From Octopus vulgaris (taxonomy: Eukaryota): 64,000 bases of DNA. Below are positions 54,570 to 64,000 of the stretch, piece after piece (position 1 is the first letter of the stretch; every line of letters begins with the position of its first letter). The stretch spans positions 2,170,001 to 2,234,000 of the forward strand of contig OX597815.1 in assembly GCA_951406725.2 (NCBI GenBank). The letters run 5' to 3'. The notes under the pieces are model-generated. The model saw only the letters and a list, made by a program, of their open reading frames with translations. It was not told where the DNA came from and made no database searches. The translations under genes and the position numbers were made by a program.

Positions 54570-54940
54570 CTTTTATTTTTTTATCCTTTTACTGGTTTCA
54601 ATCATTTGACTGCGGCCATGCTGGAGCACCGCCTTTAGTCTAGCAAATTAACCCCAGGACTTATTTTTTGAAAGCCTAGTACTTATTCTATCGGTCTCTT
54701 TTGCCGAACCGCCAAATTACAAGAATAAAACCACACCAGCGTCGATTGTTAAGCGATGGTGGGGGACAAACAGACACAAACACACACACACATACACACA
54801 TATATATATATATATATACACGACGAACTTCTTCCAGTTTCCATCTACCAAATCCATTCACAAGGCTTTGGTCGGCCCGAGGCTATAGAAGAAGACACTT
54901 GCCCAAAGTACCTCGCAGTGGGACTGAACCCGGAACCATA
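54570..54940 (-). mobile_element. SINE family A, head truncated
   Basis: Matches the family A consensus. Confidence 0.8.
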
Positions 54941-55049
54941 TATATATATATAATGAAAAAGAGAAATACAATTGACAAATTAACAATTAATTTACATTAT
55001 AATATAATATAATATAATATAAGATAACATAACAAACTTTAAAACACCA

Positions 55050-56550
55050 CAGATAAAGCCAGCAATTTTCCCGCACAACTATTCTGAAAGTCCAGAAGAT
55101 CTCTTGAGAAACACTCTGCTATGATCTGTCAAACCATGGAAGTCCCTTCCTCCAAGAATTCACGAAAACCGTCAACGGATGAAACCGAGAAAAGCTCCTG
55201 GTCTAGTCAACATCACCCTGGAGCTTTTTACTCATGGTGGGTACGGATTGAAAACCAAGATGTTCAACCTGATACTGCAAATGTGGGGCGCCAAGACTGT
55301 TCCGGATGACTTCAAAAACCCAAACGTCATTTCCATCTAGAAAGGGGACCGGTCAGTGTACAACAATTATCGCGGCGTCCCGCTGCTCAGAATTACTGGC
55401 AAGATTTTCGCCAGAATTCTTTTGGCTCGTCTACTGGTTGCTGTGGAAGAAGTCCTCCCAGAATTTCAAAGCAGCTTTTGGCGCTCACGTGGAACTATTC
55501 ACATGGTCTTCTGTGTAAAGCAACTCTAGGTAAAGGTCCGTGAACAGCAGCAATCATTCACCATCTGGGACCTTCGCAAAGCCTTCGACAAGGTTGCCCG
55601 ACCGGCGATGCATTCTGTACTCCGTCGCTTTGGTTGTCACGGTCACTTCGTTGACCTGAACACCACGCTCCGTGACGCTATGGTAGGAAACATTTGCACA
55701 CAGAATGCAGTCTCTGAGTCATTCTCCATCTCCGGAGGCCTGAAACAAGGCTATGTCTTGGCTGCATCTTGGTTTCGGCCTTGTTCTCCATCTACATGGC
55801 GGCGATTCTCAATGAGATCACTCATTACTCTCCTGGTGTTGACATTCGCTATCACCTGGACGGCGGTCTCTTCAACCTCGCTTGCCTCCTGAGATCCCAA
55901 ACTCGAACATCAAGTAACAATACCAAGGAGTTCCACTACACAGTTGACAATGTCCCCCCTACCTCCTCCGTTTCCGACCTCCGGTGCTGTTCGATTCTTG
56001 TCTCCGAAACCTTCCATCGCCTTGGGCTGGAAGTGAATGCAGACATAACAAAGATACTTGTGCAATCCGTTCTTGAACAAGAAATGCCAGAAGTAACCAT
56101 CAATATACGAAGAGACCTCTGGCAGTCGTCAACGACTTTCAATACCTTCACAACACTCTCTCATAATCCGGAACATGTAAAAGAGATATTTAGCACCGCA
56201 TCAAATCTGCTCATTGTGCTTTCAGAAAACTCTGCAAGCGCATATTCAACAACCACGGGTTCTCCCCCCGAACAAAACACACGGTGTTCCACGCCATTGT
56301 CATCTCCACCTTACTCTACGCTGGCAAGACATATACCCTGCATCGAAAAGACCCGAAAAAGCTTGAACATTTCCAACAAGCTAAACCCCGGTGGATCCTC
56401 AGTATCAAAGTTCTTAATCGTTCAGAAATTTCAAGCATTGAAGCTGCCATCCTCAAGCATCGCCTCAGATGGTCAGGACATGTCATCTGAATGGCCCCTT
56501 CAAGATTCCTGCGGACCATCCTCTACAATGAGCTTGTCAATAGCAAACGA
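55050..56550 (+). pseudogene. RTE-clade LINE RT and C-terminus, decayed
   Basis: WDLRKAFDKV, GLKQGYVL, LFSIYM, IRYHLDGGLFNL, FHAIVISTLLYAG and HRLRWSGHVI. Confidence 0.88.
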
Positions 56551-56589
56551 CATCGAATACCCCCCCCACCACCACATACATACATAATC

Positions 56590-56845
56590 CAAATTAAAAA
56601 TTTACATTTATACCAATAATAACTGTCTGGATAAGCTTGGATTTTCAGAAAAAAGAAATTAACCAACTTGCGCATTACAAATACAATCTGTAAGTGGAAC
56701 AGTCAAAATATGCAAGACTTTTCTCAAGTTTAAAACGTGGCATTGCTTTCGTTATCTTCATTCCAACGATGGCGTTTTGTATGTTTGTTAGAAAGCAGCT
56801 CCTTCTTCAGAGGAAGAATTTAGATAATTAAAAAACAGAGCAGAA
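56590..56845 (+). pseudogene. 3' end of the RLE LINE family, in (CATA)n
   Basis: LQIQSVSGTVKICKTFLKFK plus a 3' UTR homologous to 30960-31100. Confidence 0.8.
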
Positions 56846-56962
56846 CGTACGTACATACATACATACATACATTAATACATACATACATATATACATACAT
56901 ACATACATATATACATACATACATACATACATACATTAATACATACATACATACATACATAT

Positions 56963-56993
<31 letters not shown>

Positions 56994-57373
56994 CATACAT
57001 ACATACATACATTAATACATACATACATACATACATACATACATACATACATACATACATGCATACATACATACATACATACATACATACATAAATACAT
57101 ACATACAAACATACATACATACATACATACATACATACATAGATACATACATACATACATGCATACATACATACATAGATACATACATACATACACACAT
57201 ACATACATATATGCCTTTGATTCACAAATATATATATTTTCTCATGGAATAAAGCGGCGGGCATTTTGAACTGGCCATGATGCATACGTGCATATATATG
57301 TAGGTATATGTTCGTATATGTAAGTATTCGTATGTTGTTTATATATATGTATTTATGTTTCTTTTCTGTGTGT

Positions 57374-57431
57374 ATTCTACTGATGAGGCAAAGCATTCCT
57401 AAATGCAAAGTCAGAAATCCGGATCTAGAAT
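57374..57431 (+). ncRNA. Type I minimal hammerhead ribozyme, near-canonical
   Basis: attcta-CTGATGA-ggc...gtc-a-GAA-ATCCGGAT-C-tagaat: perfect 6-bp stem I, palindromic stem III, AUC cleavage triplet, one extra A before GAAA. Confidence 0.75.
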
Positions 57432-57574
57432 TATCCAGTCATTTTTTACTAGTTTCATCTCGTCTCATTGTTATCTCTCCGAGTTAATATATGGACAATT
57501 AAGGTGGTTTTAGAGTCAGATCATGGCTGCTATTTCCAGTATGGTGGTATCTCGTAGATGCCCTAATTTATAAT

Positions 57575-57636
<62 letters not shown>

Positions 57637-57637
<1 letters not shown>

Positions 57638-57852
57638 TCTTTTACTCTTTTGCTTGTTTCAGTCATTTGACTGCGGCCATGCTGGAGCACCGCCTTTAGT
57701 CGAGCAAATCGACCCCCGGGACTTATTCTTTGTAAGCCCAGTACTTATTCTATCGGTCTCTTTTGCCGAACCGCTAAGTGACGGGGACGTAAACACACCA
57801 GCATCGGTTGTCAAGCAATGCTAGGAGGACAAACACAGACACACAAGCACAA

Positions 57853-57885
<33 letters not shown>

Positions 57886-58056
57886 CATATATACGACAGG
57901 CTTCTTTCAGTTTCCGAATACCAAATCCACTCACAAGGCATTGGTCGGCCCGGAGCTATAGCAGAAGACACTTGCCCAAGATGCCACGCAGTGGGACTGA
58001 ACCCGGAACCATGTGGTTGGTTAGCAAGCTACTTACCACATAGCCACTCCTGCGCC
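57637..58056 (-). mobile_element. SINE family A, full length
   Basis: Matches the family A consensus; TA flanks. Confidence 0.9.
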
Positions 58057-58499
58057 TATATATATATATATAATGTGTGTGAGTGTATATGAGTGTGTGT
58101 GCGCGCGCATTTATAAACATGTATTAAGTTATCTGTAAGCTAGGTTTAAGTTCGTCTCTCCTCTTTATAACTTGTCCCCTGCTTCCACATAACCTTCGTC
58201 CTAGAAATCTAAGATGCACAAAATCTCACTATACAATGTCACTATGCGTTGTCACTACGCTACGTTACACACACACACACACACATGCGCACGTGCACAC
58301 ACACACATTGTTTCACTATGAAATTGCACCGGGCCTACAGTCCCATTGATGATAGCCCGACAACGAGGTTAGTAGGTCAGCAGTCGAACCGAATCGCTTC
58401 AATGCAATCATGCGCCGATGACGTCATCAGAGCTAACATTTTCATGCTTCAGGCAGCGCAGTCGATCCAGTTGTTAACCTTGTTTTATTTCATATTCCT

Positions 58500-58534
<35 letters not shown>

Positions 58535-58664
58535 TACATACATACATGTAGACATAACATAAACATACACATACATGCATAAACGTATATATACATACAT
58601 ACATACATACATACATGTGTGTATATATATATATGTACGTACGTACATACATATTAACTTGTAT

Positions 58665-58746
<82 letters not shown>

Positions 58747-58845
58747 CTAGCATTAATACTCGTCGTTGATCGGGGAATTACCTTTGCTGTTTGTCGGGAG
58801 CCACATTTAAAGTATTAATTTGATACTGATTAGAAGATCGAAAAT

Positions 58846-58889
58846 CTACCTGAAGAATGTCAGTAGAAGACAGGAAACAATTGTAGTGG
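58846..58889 (+). ncRNA. Type I minimal hammerhead ribozyme in a (TA)n-flanked cassette (about 58748-58975)
   Basis: ctac-CTGAAGA-a-tgtc-agtagaa-gaca-g-GAA-ACAATTGT-A-gtgg: stems I and II pair, palindromic stem III, GUA triplet. Confidence 0.75.
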
Positions 58890-58973
58890 CGGTTTATTTA
58901 ATTTATATTAAAATTTTATGTATTGATTAAGTCTTTCCTTGTTTGATTTTAAAATAGTGGTTTTGTCTCGAAT

Positions 58974-59054
<81 letters not shown>

Positions 59055-59235
59055 AAAAAATGAAGTTCGAAAATGCTGCTGTATTATACAATTTTTAATT
59101 TTTATATATACATTATAACATGTTTCAGTTCCTGAAATGAACCTTATCAAAAAAAGTTATATATAAAAAGAGACAGCTCATGCCGTCAAACACAAGAAAT
59201 TCATTTATAATACACAACGGAGTCAGACATCTTAG

Positions 59236-59305
59236 AGTTCATGTATAGTTGATATATAGTTCATGTATAGTTGATATATAGTTCATGTATAGTTGATATA
59301 TAGTT
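59236..59305. repeat. 22-bp minisatellite, three copies
   Basis: AGTTCATGTATAGTTGATATAT repeated perfectly. Confidence 0.95.
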
Positions 59306-59539
59306 TGAAGTATATGTTCAAAGTGTTCGATGCAGTGGCCCACGGTGGCGATACGTATTCAATACAAAAAACAGATCAAAGTGGTGGAAAGCGGTCAATA
59401 CAGAAGATTGATGTTTCCGAAAGAGCGAGGAATTCATTTTTACCTTAAGCAAATGTGATGAACCATGGTGGAGGTTCGCTGGGTGGTTCTAGTGATTTTT
59501 TGTGAAATGCTCGGTTTTATAATGCCTGTTAGGTGGTCA

Positions 59540-59742
<203 letters not shown>

Positions 59743-59914
59743 CATTTAATCCTCCTGTATGTGTGTATTTTCATAAGAGAAAAATATGTAATAATTGAAG
59801 TAGAAAAGTGATCAATTTCATACATGAACTTCTGTTTGTTTATTATATGACAATAATAAGTGAGTAACATGTGTTATTTCATTTATTAATGCAGTAATGG
59901 TGATTATATATCGT

Positions 59915-60490
59915 TATAAGAGAAAACAGGAGCCCATCTTTTCAGCCGAAGACGACAATGAGAAGCTGTAGCTTGTGGTTGTGGTGAATTCGATGGTGTA
60001 GTTAACACAATCCTGATCATCAACAACACTCTCAATTGAGTTATAAGTGAATATTTCTCCCGGAAGTTTATTCAATAGCATATTATTAATGCTGTTTACA
60101 GCAACATTTTTTCAGAGCCGGGATAGCTCGCTCACAGATCCAATCTGTATTGCTATAATTATGAAGAAGATTAGGAAAGATTTCATCCACCAAATCATCG
60201 ACGGAATCAGTTGAGTTACTTATTGGATTGAGTGTAAGAAACTGTTCTTCGTCGATTGGAAGTCTCCTTTCACCGAGTTTCAAAAGCTGCTCTGCAAAGA
60301 GTTCAGCTGATTGGTCTATTGAAAGCCTCGATCTCATATCTGTCGAAAGTTGAAGTGTCTTCACATGATGCCATAATACAGAAGACTTTATTGAAGCGCA
60401 ATCAATTAGTGTTGCCACCCTTGAACCATTTAGTTTCATTCTGTGGGACAAACAAACTCACGGACAGACTCTTATATATATATATATATA
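59915..60490 (-). mobile_element. Helitron fragment carrying part of the PIF1 helicase
   Basis: ASIKSSVLWHHVKTLQLSTDMR...FAEQLLKLGE...IFPNL...WICERAI, a frameshift, then INNMLLNKLPGEIFTYNSIESV...NYTIEF. Helitron-like 5' end TATATAAGAGTCTGTCCGTGAG at about 60480. Confidence 0.85.
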
Positions 60491-60573
60491 TCAATAATAC
60501 AGTGATTGTTTCTTGTCAGGAACAAAAAGATTAATAGGACTGCTATAGAAGTGCTCAATTGAAAGAGACAAAT

Positions 60574-61352
<779 letters not shown>

Positions 61353-61373
61353 GTATATATGTATGTATATATG

Positions 61374-61416
<43 letters not shown>

Positions 61417-61421
<5 letters not shown>

Positions 61422-61540
61422 ATCCAAACATGAAAACACAAAGAAAAAACACAACAACTCGAGGACGTGGAACAAATATAGTATTATTGGACGCTCAGGA
61501 AGGAAGGGAAGAAGGAGGAAAAAAATCGCCAACGGAACGA
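61417..61540 (-). mobile_element. H2 cassette with the hammerhead deleted
   Basis: Matches 49108-49195, then jumps to AAAAAATCG.CAACGG (49270). Confidence 0.7.
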
Positions 61541-61564
61541 TTATAGATGGACAGACAGACAGAC

Positions 61565-61625
<61 letters not shown>

Positions 61626-61639
61626 TAAGTATACTGTGT

Positions 61640-62335
61640 GGACTACGCTTATTTTCCTGAACTTATCCTGAAATTACCGAAGTTCCAATTTAAAGGGTAT
61701 TTTTGGACCTGTATCTGGTTGCTCTTGCTGACCAAATTATGTGAACTCTTCTTCTTAATCTGGGAATCAGGACCAGTCCCACAAGGGCTGGCCGTCTTTA
61801 CAAGCAGGAAAGACAGTAAAGGTAAATGTGACAACCATAGAGGTTATCTCCATTTTGTGTGTTAATGGGAAGATCGTTGGAAGGGTTATCTTAACTCGAC
61901 TAAATGATGACCTCGCCAGCTTCGTGTTGCCTGAATCTCAGTGTGGATTTCGGGTTGGGAGAGGTACAGTGGATTTGATTTTTAGCTCAAGGCAGCTGCT
62001 GGAAAAGTGTCGTGAGCACAACAGAAACGTTTTTGTCACTTTTGTAGATTTAACTAAAGCTTTCGACGCGCTATGTAGGGATACTCTTTGGGTTGTCCTT
62101 AGAAAGCTAGGTGTTCCCGAAAAGATGTTCAATGTCATCATTTCTTTCCATCAAGGGAGGATGCCTCCTGTCAGATCTAGCTGGGAAGTATTCGATTCAT
62201 ACACAGTCTTAAGTGGGGAAAAACAGGGCTGTGTTCTTGCACCAGGTCTTATTCGCTTTGTATGTATCCATCATGTTGGAAACAGCGTTTGAGGGTGTTA
62301 AAGAAGGAGTAAAGTTTGAGTACAGAACTGGTGTC
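61640..62335 (+). pseudogene. RTE-clade LINE RT fragment
   Basis: LPESQCGFRVGRGTVDLIFSSRQLLEKCREHN...FVDLTKAFD...KQGCVLAP. Confidence 0.9.
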
Positions 62336-63915
62336 ATGAAATTATCTAAGCATTCTCACGAAAGTTTTCAGGGCAGACTAGCTTTTTTAGGATTTCCCAA
62401 AGTGCAACTCTATTGACGGAACCAACAGCTTTCGTCAGATCAATAAAAACCTGATATAAGTCCATATACTGTTTGATGCATTCTCTTATAACTGTCTAAC
62501 TGAAAATACCATCTCCATAGAACTCCTACTACCTCTACACACTTATTGCGTTTCTGGTAGAACCTCATCAGCAATGTGCAGAAGCAATCCGTCTAGCATT
62601 ACCCTACAAAGGACCTTTTCAGCGACAGCTAACAGACAAATGCTACAGAAATTATCACAGACATCCTTTCCACCTTTCGATTTATAGAGGATCTCTATCA
62701 CGCATCGAGCCAATCCCGAGGAACCACGTCACTATGCCAAAACCCTCTGAATCGCATCCGTCAACATTGTACAGAGATGATCACCACCATATTCATATAT
62801 CTCTGCACCCAATCCATCCATACCAGGGGCCTTTCCATTGTTCAATTTTCCGATTGTAAAGGAGTTTGAAATTTCGGGCATCACCAAACGTCGTAATTAA
62901 GAAATTAAAAGGCCTCGCACCATTGCACAGCATAGTAAAACACCTCTATGGACACAACACTGTGTGAATCTCGACATTTAGACATTGGGCTCTCATGTGA
63001 ATAGGCCAAAACAGCTTCCCATCGATATGTCTACTGCCCTGATCGAATCTATATTGTCAACGTTATTAAAACTTTCTCTTCAAAATTATTCATTGTATTA
63101 ATTTTGCATCAAAATTAACATAGCATTTACACACGTTTGGTGTCGGAGAATAGAGAACTCAATCGCATAGTAGAGATCGATAATGTTGCATATTGTTTGA
63201 GTGGGTCTCCTGCTACTCAGAGTTTCGCCTGTGGATGCTCAGGTTCTTTAAACGAAGACCTTTTCCATCCACTTGTAGAAGTCAACATAGTGAGACTCAC
63301 TCGATCAAAGTAAAATGACATAAATAGTAACATTAAACTCTTTAATTATCGTTACGTTAATGAATATAATACTAAGTTTCAGCCAAATGCCTATTGTAAA
63401 CGAAGAACAGATGAAGATGGCGCCACTAGAAAACGACAATTTAATATGTAGGTCAAGCGAAGAAGAAAAGTACTCTTATCTCAGCCGTCAAAACACTTGT
63501 CACAAATTGTTGCTGCGACTCGGTGTTATCAGAAGCAATCGTCTAACGTCGTAGATCTTCCATTGTTTTCTTTCTCTTATATAACTTATATTTATTCAAC
63601 GGCTTCCTTTCAAACATCACTGATAGACTCTTGCTAATTTAAATCTTCTTTGTTTGTCTCCCTTCGTCCATATTCCATCTAATGTACATCTTTTATTATT
63701 TTCAATCAAAAGTTAGGAAAATTTTAATGGAATGATTTTCGGTAATTACAAGTTTAGGTTTCACCACCTTAATTATACAAATCAACTTTAAATTTTTTCA
63801 TTTACTAAAAATTTTCACCGAATATATTTTATTTTTGAATTCATTGACTGAATTCTCAACACAAGTGTTCTATTAATGATTGTATTGCCATTTCTTTGTT
63901 TCTTTGTTTCTTTTT

Positions 63916-63987
<72 letters not shown>

Positions 63988-64000
63988 TCACATACACATG

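Noticed and set aside
62500-62960. Possible further Penelope fragment (LPYKGP-like word)
   Set aside because: Too decayed to support by eye.

Overview
Repeat-dominated eukaryotic DNA with no recognisable intact host gene. The SINE families and microsatellite load resemble an octopus (coleoid cephalopod) genome; this is an inference from recall, not a search. Contents: (i) long microsatellites ((TA)n, (CA)n, (AAT)n, (CATA)n, and a 4.7-kb degenerate (CAC)n array) that create nearly all ORF-track entries; (ii) at least four tRNA-derived SINE families; (iii) decayed LINEs (RTE, R4/Dong-type with restriction-like endonuclease, Tx1/L1); (iv) Penelope-like element (PLE) remnants; (v) a non-autonomous Helitron family with intact termini plus a PIF1-helicase fragment. 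Most notable: about 15 minimal hammerhead-ribozyme motifs in several short, mostly (TA)n-embedded cassette families, two of which carry family-fixed non-canonical cores; a phased array of seven 14-bp RFX X-box-like palindromes with diverged spacers at 36.05-36.29 kb; and the (CAC)n array bracketed by inverted and direct copies of a Helitron-internal module. Coordinates were read by eye, so element ends are approximate unless a terminal motif is quoted.
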